DNA of 32,000 nt from Erysipelotrichaceae bacterium. GTDB lineage: Bacteria > Bacillota_I > Bacilli_A > Erysipelotrichales > Erysipelotrichaceae. The stretch lies in contig OY760660.1 in NCBI GenBank assembly GCA_963663995.1, positions 810,001 through 842,000 on the forward strand, read 5' to 3'. The notes beneath the pieces are model-generated. The model was not told the DNA's origin, did no database searches, and worked only from the letters and a program-made list of their open reading frames with translations. This document shows positions 16,943 to 28,182 of this stretch, piece by piece. The position numbers and the translations under genes were made by a program. The stretch's first letter is position 1. Every line of letters begins with the position of its first letter.

Positions 16943-17856
16943 TTATACGAAAAGCACAAGAAAGTGATAAAGAAAGAATAGAAAAAGCCTGGCGACATAT
17001 CTTTGCCGATGATGATCACGGACATTCAGACTTTTATTTTAAGTTTGCTTATGATCCTTTCCAAGCATTCCTATTAACCACTGATCAAGATGAACTCATT
17101 TCATGTGCACAAGTTCATGAAAAAACCTTGATGTTTGCTGGTAAAGCCTTAAAAGTCTCTTTTATTGTTGGTCTTTTAACTCTGCCGCAATATCGAAGAC
17201 AAGGATACATGAATAAACTCTTAACTGAAATCCTAGAGATACAAGAGCGTAAACATCACTTCACCATTATTCAAGCTTATGACCCTACACTTTATTTAAA
17301 ATATGGTTTTGAACCGATTTATGATCGTGTGACATATAACATTGAACCCAATCAAGTTCCAGTAATTTCTAGTGTTGGTATTAGTACCCAAATTCAAGCT
17401 GAAGATATGTTAAAACTCTATAAACAGTTTACCCAACACTTTGATGGCTACATCAGACGCGATCTTGTCGACTTTAAAAAACTTCAACAAGAAATACTCG
17501 CTCAAGGTGGCAAACTGGTTGCTTATTTACAGAATGGACAGTTAGAGGCTTATGGCTGTGTTTTATTTGAAAATGGGGATGTTATCTTCGATGAAGTCGT
17601 TTATTTAAATGCGAATGCATTATTAAAGTGTATCAATGCTGTAACTTCACTCAATAAAATGATTAAAATCAAGGTTTCGCCAAAAGAAAACTTAAAAAGA
17701 ATCCTTGTCAATGCGACATCAACAAGTGAAGTTTATACATTTGTGAAATTAAATGATGCGAAACTCTTTAATGAACTCTTTAAATCTAACGTTACATCTG
17801 CTCAAGAAGCTTTTCTACTCACTCAAAAACCATTATGGATAAGAGAAAATCAGTAA
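16939..17856 (+). CDS. GNAT acetyltransferase with long C-terminal extension (Eis-like architecture)
   Basis: LPQYRRQGYMNKLLTEIL is the acetyl-CoA motif A. About 170 further residues follow the GNAT core, as in Eis-type proteins. ATGA overlap with the upstream gene. Confidence 0.6.
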   Translation: MIIRKAQESDKERIEKAWRHIFADDDHGHSDFYFKFAYDPFQAFLLTTDQDELISCAQVHEKTLMFAGKALKVSFIVGLLTLPQYRRQGYMNKLLTEILEIQERKHHFTIIQAYDPTLYLKYGFEPIYDRVTYNIEPNQVPVISSVGISTQIQAEDMLKLYKQFTQHFDGYIRRDLVDFKKLQQEILAQGGKLVAYLQNGQLEAYGCVLFENGDVIFDEVVYLNANALLKCINAVTSLNKMIKIKVSPKENLKRILVNATSTSEVYTFVKLNDAKLFNELFKSNVTSAQEAFLLTQKPLWIRENQ

Positions 17857-18939
<1,083 letters not shown>

Positions 18940-18962
18940 GTTTAACTTAAACTTACATTCTT

Positions 18963-18991
18963 AAGTCTCACAATAATGTGGGACTTTTTTT
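18963..18991 (+). terminator. Rho-independent terminator after gap
   Basis: AAGTCTCACA-ATAA-TGTGGGACTT (one G-U pair) followed by a T7 run. Confidence 0.85.
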
Positions 18992-19002
18992 ATGTCTTAA
19001 TC

Positions 19003-19030
19003 AAATTAAAAACCTTGGAATTATCCAAGG
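19003..19030 (-). terminator. Rho-independent terminator after metH
   Basis: Minus strand reads CCTTGGA-TAAT-TCCAAGG followed by TTTTTAATTT. Confidence 0.7.
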
Positions 19031-19037
19031 CTTAATA

Positions 19038-22000
19038 TTAATCGATTAAATGATTTAAGTTCTTTTTAACTTTAGTTTCATCAAATTGATTACGTTTGAT
19101 ATAGTCATCAAATTGATCTTGATCAATCTTATTAATATCAAAGTAAATGGAATTTTTTGAAGCAAAGTAGAGTCCACATTCTGATGCTTGAGGCATCATC
19201 ATATAGTTTTCTGTTAAATCAACTCCAATATCATGACCATTTAGTACTTCAAAGACTTTTGTTTTTTCTGAATGATCTCTTAGTGATGGATAACCAATCG
19301 CTGGACGAATACCTGTGTATTTTACTGCATGAATATCTTCCATACTTAAGTTTTCATCTTTAGCATATCCCCATAAATTGGTTCTTACTTCTTTATGTAG
19401 ATATTCAGAGGTTGCTTCTACTAAACGATCGGCTAATAATTTCAACATTAAAGCTGAATACTCATCGTTGTTTTCATTGAAGGCTTTAGCATGCTTTTCA
19501 ACATTAATACCAGCTGAAACAATGAATAAACCTAAGTAATCATTGATACCTGACTCTTTTGGAGCAACATAATCACTTAATGAACGATAGGTATCATCTT
19601 TACGTTTTTCTTGTTGTCTAAGCATATTGAAAGTTGTCAGTAATTGATTGTTTTCATCTCTTATTTCAATATCATCTTTGACACTATTTGCAGGATAGAA
19701 ACCAAGTACTGCATTTATTTGTAGAAGTTTTTCTTCTTTGATTTTAACTAAGAATTCTTGGGCTTCCTTAATGAGTTTTTCAGCTTCCTCTGTGTTTTGC
19801 TTAATGCCCCACGCTCTTAAGAAATAGAGCCAATGAACATAAGGTAAAACTTTCTCCATATCAATATCTATGAAATTTTGTTTACCTAATTGTTTTGGTT
19901 GTACGATTTTTTCTTTTGTCCAATCGATATTTGTGCCTTTTGATCGAGCTTCTTCAAGAGATACAAAAGTACGTTTAAAGTTTTTAAGTTTATTGGCTAA
20001 GTCTTCATAAGCTTCATAAGTATTTTGAATAAAGGCAGGTTTTACTTTAGCATTCATGATATTACGTGCAAACTCTACACATTGTGAAGCATCTTCACCA
20101 TATAGAACGCCATTTTTATAATTAGGCGCTATTTTAAGGGCTGTGTGAGCTTTTGAAGTCGTTGCCCCACCTAAGAGTAGTGGAATCTCTAAACCTGCAT
20201 CAGCCATCGCTTTAGCGAGGTCTGCCATTTCTTCTAAGGATGGTGTAATAAGACCTGATACGGCAATCATGTCAGCTTTTTCTTTTATCGCTGTTTCAAT
20301 GATCACATCCGATGGAACCATAACCCCTAAATCAATAACTTCAAAATTATTACAACCTAAAACAACTGAAACAATGTTCTTTCCAATATCATGAACATCA
20401 CCTTTGACAGTTGCGAATACAATCTTGCCGGCTGAGGATGAAGCCCCAACTGATTTTTCTTCTTCAATAAAAGGTTCTAAATAAGCCACAGCTTTTTTCA
20501 TAACCCGAGCAGATTTAACGACTTGTGGTAAAAACATCTTTCCAGACCCAAAGAGTTGTCCAACTTCATTCATACCATCCATTAGACAACCTTCAATAAC
20601 ATCCATAGATTGTGCTTGTTTTAAACGGACAAGTTCTACATCTTCTTCAATCTCATCGGTAATGCCTTTAATAAGTTTATGTTTAAGACGATCATAGTCA
20701 TCTTCGATATATACTTGTTTAGTTTTATTAACAACACTATCATCAGATTTGATGGTTTGTGCAAAGGTTAATAATTCTTCACTGGCATTGTCAGATGTAT
20801 CTAAAACAACGGTTTCGACTTTTTTAAGGAGTTCAGGGTCAATCTCATCATAGATTTGAATCATTCCAGGATTAACAATCCCCATATCCATGCCTGCTTG
20901 AATGGCATGATATAAAAAGACAGAATGCATCGCTTCACGAATAACGTTATTGCCTCTAAATGAGAATGATAAGTTACTTACACCACCTGATACATGCGCA
21001 TGTGGCAAGTTCTCTTTGATCCATCGGCACGCTTCAATAAAGGCAACACCATAGTGATTATGTTCTTCAAGCCCTGTCGCAATTGCTAATATATTTGGAT
21101 CAAAAATAATATCTTGAGGGGCAAAATGAACTTGATCGACCAATATTCGATAAGCTCTTTCACAGACTTCAATTTTTCTTTCATAAGTATCTGCTTGGCC
21201 CACTTCATCAAAGGCCATAACGACAACAGCTGCCCCAAATTGTTTAATAATTTTGGCGTGTTCAATAAACTCTGCTTCTCCATTTTTAAGGGATATTGAG
21301 TTAACAATACTTTTACCTTGAATGGATTTTAATCCCGCTAAAATAACCTCAAACTTAGAGGAATCAATCATGACTGGTAATTTGGAAATATCAGGTTCAG
21401 AAGCAATCAGTTTTAAGAAGTTTTCCATTTCTTCTTTCGCTTCTAACAAGCCATCATCAAAGTTAATATCAAGTATTTGAGCACCATCTTCGACTTGTGC
21501 TTTGGCAATTGCTAGTGCTTCTTCATATTTCTTTTCTCTGATTAAACGGGCAAACTTTTTAGATCCAGCCACATTACATCTTTCACCAATGTTTAAGAAG
21601 TTTAAGTCTTTGGTAAAGACTAAATCTTCTAAACCAGCAAAGTGAGTGATATCTGTATGATCTGCACAGACATGTGGTTTATAATCTTTTACAGACTCTG
21701 ATATCGCATGAATATGTTCGTGGGTAGTTCCACAACAACCCCCGACAATATTTAATCTTCCTTCTTTTAATAAAGGTAAGATTTCATTGGCCATTTCATC
21801 GGGTGTTTCATCATATTCACCTAAAGCATTAGGTAATCCGGCATTGGGATGAAATGAAATATATAAATCTTCATGTTTTGATAATTCTCGAATATAAGGC
21901 ACTAAATCTTTAGGTCCAAAAGCACAGTTTAAACCGACTGATAAAAGTCGATCATGTTTAATGGTTTGACTAAAAGCTTCAAGTGTTTGACCTGATAGAA

Positions 22001-22652
22001 TACGTCCACTCTTATCTGTAATCGTACCTGAAATCATTAAAGGGATATCTAAACCTTTATCAGTTAATACTTCATCACAAGCCATAATCGCAGCTCGTGC
22101 ATTTAAACTATCAAAGATGGTTTCAATAAGGAGTAATTCTACGCCTCCATCCACTAGACCTTCAACTTGAGTTTTATAAGCTTCTTTTAGTTCATCAAAA
22201 GTAATATTTCGTATACCCGGATTTTCTACATCTGGTGATAAAGAAGCGGTACGATTGGTTGGTCCAATTGATCCAGCAACGTATCGTGGTTTATCAGGAT
22301 TGTCACTTGTATATTTATCAGCTACTCTTTTAGCGATTTGAGCCCCTATTAAATTCAATTCATAAACTTTATCTTCTAAGCCATAATCTGCTTGCGATAT
22401 TGCATTTGAATTAAAAGTATTTGTTTCTAAAATATCGGCACCTGCTGCCGCATAAGAATCAATAATGGATTCAATTAAATCAGCTTTTGTTAGATTTAAT
22501 AAATCATTATTCCCCTTTTGTGCATGTGTGCAATTTAAATTCCCCACAAAGTCATTTTCATCTAAATGATGTTTTTGAATGGCCGTCCCCATGGCACCAT
22601 CTAAAACTAAGATTTTTTCTTTAATAATGTCTTTTATGTTAATTTTCTTCAT
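19038..22652 (-). CDS. metH: Cobalamin-dependent methionine synthase, full four-module form
   Basis: Zn-site cysteines GLNCAFGP and GGCCGTT; pterin-binding module; B12 motifs [12 protein letters not shown] and GGA; activation-domain RPAIGYPS. 1204 aa. Confidence 0.95.
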   Translation of the reverse strand: MKKINIKDIIKEKILVLDGAMGTAIQKHHLDENDFVGNLNCTHAQKGNNDLLNLTKADLIESIIDSYAAAGADILETNTFNSNAISQADYGLEDKVYELNLIGAQIAKRVADKYTSDNPDKPRYVAGSIGPTNRTASLSPDVENPGIRNITFDELKEAYKTQVEGLVDGGVELLLIETIFDSLNARAAIMACDEVLTDKGLDIPLMISGTITDKSGRILSGQTLEAFSQTIKHDRLLSVGLNCAFGPKDLVPYIRELSKHEDLYISFHPNAGLPNALGEYDETPDEMANEILPLLKEGRLNIVGGCCGTTHEHIHAISESVKDYKPHVCADHTDITHFAGLEDLVFTKDLNFLNIGERCNVAGSKKFARLIREKKYEEALAIAKAQVEDGAQILDINFDDGLLEAKEEMENFLKLIASEPDISKLPVMIDSSKFEVILAGLKSIQGKSIVNSISLKNGEAEFIEHAKIIKQFGAAVVVMAFDEVGQADTYERKIEVCERAYRILVDQVHFAPQDIIFDPNILAIATGLEEHNHYGVAFIEACRWIKENLPHAHVSGGVSNLSFSFRGNNVIREAMHSVFLYHAIQAGMDMGIVNPGMIQIYDEIDPELLKKVETVVLDTSDNASEELLTFAQTIKSDDSVVNKTKQVYIEDDYDRLKHKLIKGITDEIEEDVELVRLKQAQSMDVIEGCLMDGMNEVGQLFGSGKMFLPQVVKSARVMKKAVAYLEPFIEEEKSVGASSSAGKIVFATVKGDVHDIGKNIVSVVLGCNNFEVIDLGVMVPSDVIIETAIKEKADMIAVSGLITPSLEEMADLAKAMADAGLEIPLLLGGATTSKAHTALKIAPNYKNGVLYGEDASQCVEFARNIMNAKVKPAFIQNTYEAYEDLANKLKNFKRTFVSLEEARSKGTNIDWTKEKIVQPKQLGKQNFIDIDMEKVLPYVHWLYFLRAWGIKQNTEEAEKLIKEAQEFLVKIKEEKLLQINAVLGFYPANSVKDDIEIRDENNQLLTTFNMLRQQEKRKDDTYRSLSDYVAPKESGINDYLGLFIVSAGINVEKHAKAFNENNDEYSALMLKLLADRLVEATSEYLHKEVRTNLWGYAKDENLSMEDIHAVKYTGIRPAIGYPSLRDHSEKTKVFEVLNGHDIGVDLTENYMMMPQASECGLYFASKNSIYFDINKIDQDQFDDYIKRNQFDETKVKKNLNHLID

Positions 22653-22660
22653 ATTGTTTT

Positions 22661-22692
22661 CTATTATAATCTAAAAGCTTTATGTATAATAG
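22661..22692. promoter_or_regulatory. Symmetric divergent promoter region for metH and metF-luxS
   Basis: Perfect 8-bp inverted repeat CTATTATA-N16-TATAATAG. Each arm supplies a TATAAT reading outward: plus strand 22685-22690, minus strand 22668-22663. Confidence 0.6.
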
Positions 22693-22697
22693 TGTGT

Positions 22698-23555
22698 ATG
22701 AAATTAAATAAACTATTTACAGAAAAGAAATGGACGTTTTCAGTCGAAGTCTTTCCCCCTAAAAAGAATATCAGTGACCTATCTAGTATCCAACATACTT
22801 TATCTGCACTTTTCAGTTTAAAACCTGATTTTATCTCAGTGACTTATGGTGCGGGTGGATCAACCAATAAGAACTCTTTAGAACTTACAAAGTTTATTAA
22901 GGATGCAGGTATTGAACCTTTAGCTCATTTAACATGTGCCAATGAATCAAAAGAAACCATAGATGCCTATTGTGAGTCTTTAAAAGAATTCAAGATTGAA
23001 AACATCATGGCTTTACGTGGTGATAACTTTAACCCAGAGTTACCTAATGATTTTGATCATGCGAATAACTTAATGGAACATATCATCTCGAAACATGACT
23101 TTATGTGTGCAGGGGCTTTCTATCCTGAAATGCATATGGAATCTAAATGGATATCCGATGATATTGAAGCATATCTATATAAACAAAAAGCTGGTGCTCA
23201 ATTCTTAATATCTCAACTCTTTTTTGATAACGAGAAATTCTATACTATGGTTCAAAATTCACGTAAAGCAGGAGTTAATATTCCTATTCTTGCCGGAATT
23301 ATGCCCATAACTGATGCCAATTCATTTGTACGTATAAGACAAATGACAGGTGCCGCTGTGCCTGTATCACTCTTAACGATGGTTGAAGCTTATAAGAATG
23401 ATAAAGAAGCTATGTTTGAAATTGGAGTTAGTTTTGCGGCGATGCAAATCATGGACTTAGTTGCCCACGGGGTTGATGGTATACATCTCTATACCATGAA
23501 TAAACCTGAAGTAGCAAAAGCTATCTATGAAAGAATTGAAATTCTCAGGAAATAG
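22698..23555 (+). CDS. metF: 5,10-methylenetetrahydrofolate reductase
   Basis: TFSVEVFPPKK, VTYGAGGST and HLTC motifs. Start taken as ATG 22698 (the track GTG 22692 lies inside the -10 box). Confidence 0.9.
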   Translation: MKLNKLFTEKKWTFSVEVFPPKKNISDLSSIQHTLSALFSLKPDFISVTYGAGGSTNKNSLELTKFIKDAGIEPLAHLTCANESKETIDAYCESLKEFKIENIMALRGDNFNPELPNDFDHANNLMEHIISKHDFMCAGAFYPEMHMESKWISDDIEAYLYKQKAGAQFLISQLFFDNEKFYTMVQNSRKAGVNIPILAGIMPITDANSFVRIRQMTGAAVPVSLLTMVEAYKNDKEAMFEIGVSFAAMQIMDLVAHGVDGIHLYTMNKPEVAKAIYERIEILRK

Positions 23556-23557
23556 AA

Positions 23558-24028
23558 ATGGAAAAAATCAAAAGTTTTACAGTTGATCACTTAGTCTTAA
23601 ATCCAGGTATCTATGAATCAAGACGTGATCCAGTGGGTAATAGTGAAGTCATTACTTATGACTTACGATTAACTAAACCAAATGTAGAACCTGTCATGGG
23701 CACAGGTGAAGTACATACGATTGAACATTTAGCCGCAACTTATCTAAGAAATGATGAAACATTTAAAGATAAGATCGTTTACTTTGGACCTATGGGATGT
23801 CGTACGGGTTTCTACTTAATTACTAATGGTGAACTAGATCATACAGATTTATTTAATCTCATTAAAAACACCTTTGAATTCATCTCAAACTTTGAAGGAG
23901 AAATCCCAGGTGCAAGTGCAAAAGATTGTGGTAACTATCATGACAACAATCTTCCAAGTGCACGATATTATGCGAGTAAGTATCTTAAACATTTAAGTGA
24001 ACTAAGGGATTATAGTTTTGAATATTAA
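23558..24028 (+). CDS. luxS: S-ribosylhomocysteine lyase
   Basis: Metal motif HTIEHL and GPMGCRTGFY. AGGAAA RBS upstream. 2 nt after the metF stop. Confidence 0.93.
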   Translation: MEKIKSFTVDHLVLNPGIYESRRDPVGNSEVITYDLRLTKPNVEPVMGTGEVHTIEHLAATYLRNDETFKDKIVYFGPMGCRTGFYLITNGELDHTDLFNLIKNTFEFISNFEGEIPGASAKDCGNYHDNNLPSARYYASKYLKHLSELRDYSFEY

Positions 24029-24057
24029 AAAAAGAGGTCACCAGCCTCTTTTTTTTA
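24027..24057. terminator. Bidirectional terminator between luxS and the convergent GT2 gene
   Basis: AAAAAAGAGG-TCACCAG-CCTCTTTTTTTT. The A-run and T-run allow function on both strands. Confidence 0.8.
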
Positions 24058-24059
24058 AA

Positions 24060-25022
24060 TCACTTAAATTTATAAATTGAATGGAATATAAATGCAAATA
24101 TTCGGTATGTCTTCTTATTTACTAATTTATAGTATTTATTTTTTAATCCTGCACCATTTAAATATGAATTATTTTTCCAATCAGGAAAATGATTAATCAG
24201 AATGTTATAACTCATATCTAATGTTTTATTTCGATCTTCTTTATTCTCTATTTGACAGGTTCTTAAAAACGAATTTCCCAAGAAGAATCGAATAAATAAG
24301 TATTCTAGTTCTGTTTTGTATAAATCATATAAATCTCGAATTTGATAAAAATGAACTAGGTCTTCAAAAACAAATATCATATCTTTAACTTTTTCATTAT
24401 GATTATGTGTGATAGAACCATCACGTTGTAGATAATGGACAAAAGGTTTATCCACATATGCCCATTTACTTAAATATGGTACCATCTTGTATAAAAATGA
24501 TGCATCTTCATAACGATATCCTGTAGGAAATTGAATCTCTAAAGATTTTACCCAATCTGTTCTATAAAGTTTATTCCAAAGTGTTGCGAACATTGAAATT
24601 AGAAGTTCTTCTTTGGTCTCATATGGCCCATCTTTTTGTAGTTTTTCTTTTTTAGGATATGACCACCAAAAATCACAAGTTACAACATCAGCTTCTTCTT
24701 GAATTGCTTTTTGATACATTTCTTCAATAAAATTGGGTTCGACAGTATCGTCACTATCAACAAAAGCAAAATATGGTGCTGTAACTTTGGATAATCCAAA
24801 ATTTCGGGCATCGGCAATTCCACCATTAGGTTTACTGAAAACTTTAACTCGTTTGTCTTTCGTTGAATAGTTTTCAATTAATTCTAAAGAAGAATCAGTT
24901 GATCCATCATTAATACATAGAATTTCAATATCTTTTAATGTTTGATTGATTAAAGAATCAAGCGTTTTAGAAATATAATTTTCCATATTGAATAGAGGAA
25001 CGATAATTTGTACTTTTGTCAT
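24060..25022 (-). CDS. Glycosyltransferase family 2
   Basis: IIVPLFNMENYISKTLDSLINQT and FVDSDD (DxD) are typical GT-A/GT2 motifs. ATGA overlap with the upstream gene. Confidence 0.85.
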   Translation of the reverse strand: MTKVQIIVPLFNMENYISKTLDSLINQTLKDIEILCINDGSTDSSLELIENYSTKDKRVKVFSKPNGGIADARNFGLSKVTAPYFAFVDSDDTVEPNFIEEMYQKAIQEEADVVTCDFWWSYPKKEKLQKDGPYETKEELLISMFATLWNKLYRTDWVKSLEIQFPTGYRYEDASFLYKMVPYLSKWAYVDKPFVHYLQRDGSITHNHNEKVKDMIFVFEDLVHFYQIRDLYDLYKTELEYLFIRFFLGNSFLRTCQIENKEDRNKTLDMSYNILINHFPDWKNNSYLNGAGLKNKYYKLVNKKTYRIFAFIFHSIYKFK

Positions 25023-26569
25023 GATTTTATTTTAACATTAACCCTTCCATCACTATCTAATATTCTTTCAAATCCTAGTGTTGCAAGAATGATATAAAAA
25101 GGTAGATAACCAATTAAATAGCGACCACGTGCTTCGAATAATTGAATAAATAAAAATCCACCAATAAAAATCAATAACACTAAAATATTCAGTTTATTTT
25201 TTCTACCATACAGCCCAATTAACATCAATAATAAAGTCATAATCCAAACAAACTGCTCAAAGACTAGAAACACACTATAGTAATTACCATCTGGATAAAA
25301 TAATTCTTTGTAAAAAGTAGAAACAGAAGATTTATCATTAAATATTTCGACAATGAATCCACCTTCTCCATTCCATGCAAATGTACCATCATTGTAATTA
25401 ATCAATACTTTGTGTGTAAAGAAATCAACAAATCCAAATACTCCATAATCATTTAATCTTTGATATATAACTTCAAGATTAGCTGCTTGTCGGTCTTCAA
25501 TTGTTGGTGCTTCATAGGATAAACTTGCATCACTATCTAAATAAACGCCATAATTCACTGGATTTAAACCTGTCATTATATAGTGAGTGTAAGTAAATGC
25601 TCGATCTGGCCATAATTTAAAGTCAAATCTACTCATCCAATTACTATAAAGTGATTGAGTTCCAAAGAAAGAAATGCTCGCAATAACGACTATTAATAAA
25701 TAGTGTTTAACACTTTTTTTCTTTTCAAGAATCTGTAATGTTTCAAAAATCACAATCGCAATAAGTACAATATAAACTTGAGGTTTTATGCTTCCTCCAA
25801 TAAAACTTAGAAAGATTATGAGTATCCATTTAAAATAATTAATTGAAGTTAATTTAAATTGTTTTATATATAAATAGAAAATTGATATTGAAAATAAAAT
25901 TGAATAAGTATCTGTATAAGGTATAGAAACCCATGGAGAAATTCCTAATAATAAAACAAATAATATCAAAGATAATAATGCTAGGTCATTTCGCTTAGTT
26001 AATTCTTTAACACATAATGAAGTTAAAAGTCCTGATAAGTCTATCATTAATATTGAAGCTATTAATGAAATTGAATAGGGATTTGAAAGGCCAAGAATTG
26101 TGCCAATTTTAAATAAGGTACCTAGAATTGTTGTGATGAATAGTTGATTTACATGATATGAAAAATAACTATTAAAATTGGCGAGTTGTTCAGGATGTTC
26201 AATAAGTGTAAAAGCAGCTTGTCTAACCGTAAGTGCATCCCAACCAGTATAAAAATAATAACTATAAATGCTAATTATTTGATAGATAAACAAAATAAAA
26301 AGTATGATAATTAGCCAAACTTTAAAATCTGCTTTAGTCAAATAAATTTTAATGTTTTCTCTATACTTATAAACAATAAATAAATCAAAAATTATAATTA
26401 TTAAAAGTACCCAGTTTGTTATAACTTGATAGTTTGCTGTATAGTATTCAATATTTCTATCAATAAAGATCATCAATAGAAAAATATAAGTTATTATACT
26501 TCGGGATAAATAGATAATTGTATTCTTTAAAAACATTGTTAATTTATCAAGCATTTTAAAATTCTTCAT
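25019..26569 (-). CDS. Polytopic membrane protein, GT-C-like glycosyltransferase candidate
   Basis: 516 aa with more than 10 hydrophobic segments. An early loop YYFYTGWDALTV contains an acidic residue, there is a roughly 100-aa hydrophilic loop near residue 330-430, and FEARGRY lies near the C-terminus. Family assignment is by general architecture only. Confidence 0.4.
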   Translation of the reverse strand: MKNFKMLDKLTMFLKNTIIYLSRSIITYIFLLMIFIDRNIEYYTANYQVITNWVLLIIIIFDLFIVYKYRENIKIYLTKADFKVWLIIILFILFIYQIISIYSYYFYTGWDALTVRQAAFTLIEHPEQLANFNSYFSYHVNQLFITTILGTLFKIGTILGLSNPYSISLIASILMIDLSGLLTSLCVKELTKRNDLALLSLILFVLLLGISPWVSIPYTDTYSILFSISIFYLYIKQFKLTSINYFKWILIIFLSFIGGSIKPQVYIVLIAIVIFETLQILEKKKSVKHYLLIVVIASISFFGTQSLYSNWMSRFDFKLWPDRAFTYTHYIMTGLNPVNYGVYLDSDASLSYEAPTIEDRQAANLEVIYQRLNDYGVFGFVDFFTHKVLINYNDGTFAWNGEGGFIVEIFNDKSSVSTFYKELFYPDGNYYSVFLVFEQFVWIMTLLLMLIGLYGRKNKLNILVLLIFIGGFLFIQLFEARGRYLIGYLPFYIILATLGFERILDSDGRVNVKIKS

Positions 26570-28124
26570 TCAAGATATTTTTCAAGACCATGCCACCAAA
26601 GAATGCTAACAATATTGATGTTAAAAATTGATCAAGAACATGTCCTGAAAGATAAGCTCCACCTATAAAACTAAAACAGGTTAACGTTACAATTAAATAA
26701 TTAAAATTAAACAATCTCTTAAAATTCTTTAATGACATTAGTACAATAAACACTGATATTAATAGCCATGGGAGTACGAATAATGCAAAACCAACATATC
26801 CCATCGTAAAAATCTGCATTTTAAAATCTTGTTCAAGTAAAATTGATCCATTCATAAACCTTGAATAACTAAATCCAAGCATTTTTTGACTTGCTGTTAA
26901 ATTATTCCATTTATAGTTAAAAAAGATTTGTTCAAATTGACGACCACTTTGTCGTTCATAAAATGAATAATCATAAATCAAATCAACATAAAACTTTGGA
27001 TCCATTCGATATGGGTAATACCATTGCCAATAAATATCTGGGATAGTTAATAAAAAACTAGATTCTTCAAATATGTGTTGATAGTAAAAATTATATTGAG
27101 CAGAGCCTGGAATTAAGTCAGTATCATCGATATTGTCTTTCCATTCTAAACGCAAGTATTCATCATCAAATACTGCTTGATCATTACGGTTATCAATAGC
27201 AAGATTCTTAACAGCAGGTGTATAAGGTAAAGCTAAATAGAAAACTGTAATAAAAACGAATACCGTTAACACTGGTGTTAAACTGAACACTTCTTTTTTG
27301 AGTAGAACTAATAATATATAGACAACAAGTACTAGTCCTAACATCATAACAACACCATAAGTTGCGACACGGGTTGCTAAAATATACATGGCTAAACCAT
27401 GAACAAAAACTAATATTGATAAAAACAATCTGTTTTTCTTATCAATAAACAATTGTTTTATTAAGATTGGATAAATGGCAAACAATATAATACCTGTAGT
27501 GTTTCCTTCACTAAAAAAGAATAGAGAAGTTAATTGCTTAGGATTATATAAATCATAACCGTTTGTAAACCAGGAAATAAAATTTGCAGTCGTTGGACCA
27601 TCGTAATAAGTTGAAGGACTAAAAACAAATACGTTAGAAACAAAAATCGGCACGGCAATTAATAATGATAAAATAATTGCGATTTTATTAATATTGTCTT
27701 TAGTAATGTCAGAATTAAAAAAAGCATAAATCATTCCAAAGGGAATGATTAATTTTAGAACATATTGTAGTTCACTAAACATAGAGTACTTATATCGGTT
27801 TGAAAGGTAAAGTTGTTCGAAATTACTGAGACCATATTGATTATGAAGTATAAAATAAATGCCAGCAATAATTCCATAAATTGCAAGTCCAATAAATAAT
27901 GATTTCTTATTTTTTTCTTTAAATATGAACACGATTAAAATTAAGAATGGATAGATTAGAAAATTAAAAACAGTTGATGGTAATGGAATCCCAAATTGAT
28001 CAAAAAAGCCATAAAATATGTAATCGAGATTTAGTATTGGTAATAGGATAACGATTGATATGAGAAATAATGTTATGTTTTTTTCTAAAAATGAAGTAAA
28101 CTTTCTAAGTATTGAATTTTGCAT
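26556..28124 (-). CDS. O-antigen-ligase-like / Wzy-type polymerase candidate
   Basis: 522 aa, polytopic, with a roughly 130-aa aromatic/acidic loop (NRNDQAVFDDEYLRLEWKDNIDDTD...YWQWYYPYRMDPKFY). Adjacent to the Wzx gene. Assignment is by architecture and context. Confidence 0.45.
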   Translation of the reverse strand: MQNSILRKFTSFLEKNITLFLISIVILLPILNLDYIFYGFFDQFGIPLPSTVFNFLIYPFLILIVFIFKEKNKKSLFIGLAIYGIIAGIYFILHNQYGLSNFEQLYLSNRYKYSMFSELQYVLKLIIPFGMIYAFFNSDITKDNINKIAIILSLLIAVPIFVSNVFVFSPSTYYDGPTTANFISWFTNGYDLYNPKQLTSLFFFSEGNTTGIILFAIYPILIKQLFIDKKNRLFLSILVFVHGLAMYILATRVATYGVVMMLGLVLVVYILLVLLKKEVFSLTPVLTVFVFITVFYLALPYTPAVKNLAIDNRNDQAVFDDEYLRLEWKDNIDDTDLIPGSAQYNFYYQHIFEESSFLLTIPDIYWQWYYPYRMDPKFYVDLIYDYSFYERQSGRQFEQIFFNYKWNNLTASQKMLGFSYSRFMNGSILLEQDFKMQIFTMGYVGFALFVLPWLLISVFIVLMSLKNFKRLFNFNYLIVTLTCFSFIGGAYLSGHVLDQFLTSILLAFFGGMVLKNILNEEF

Positions 28125-28130
28125 AATGTT

Positions 28131-28139
28131 ATTTTACCA
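28131..28139 (-). promoter_or_regulatory. Extended -10 promoter for the Wzy-like/GT-C-like/GT2 operon
   Basis: Minus strand TGGTAAAAT, followed by 6 nt (AACATT) and then the ATG at 28124. Confidence 0.5.
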
Positions 28140-28182
28140 TTAATCAAATTCTTATATAATATAAATCTGAAGAGGTTTTAAT

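Noticed and set aside
19157-21307. Three short ORFs within metH (19157-19363 plus, 21086-21307 minus off-frame, 21114-21299 plus)
   Set aside because: All lie within the continuous, motif-rich 1204-aa metH frame. They have no independent signals.
24680-24877. 65-aa off-frame minus-strand ORF inside the GT2 gene
   Set aside because: Alternative frame of a supported CDS.
28078-28084. A7/T7 homopolymer tracts near the 5-prime end of the Wzy-like gene as phase-variation switches (others noted at 27911-27917 and near 25706-25712)
   Set aside because: Seven-base A/T runs also occur in housekeeping genes here (for example an A8 in lysA near 10309-10316). They are expected in DNA this AT-rich. They are too short and too common to call contingency loci without population data.
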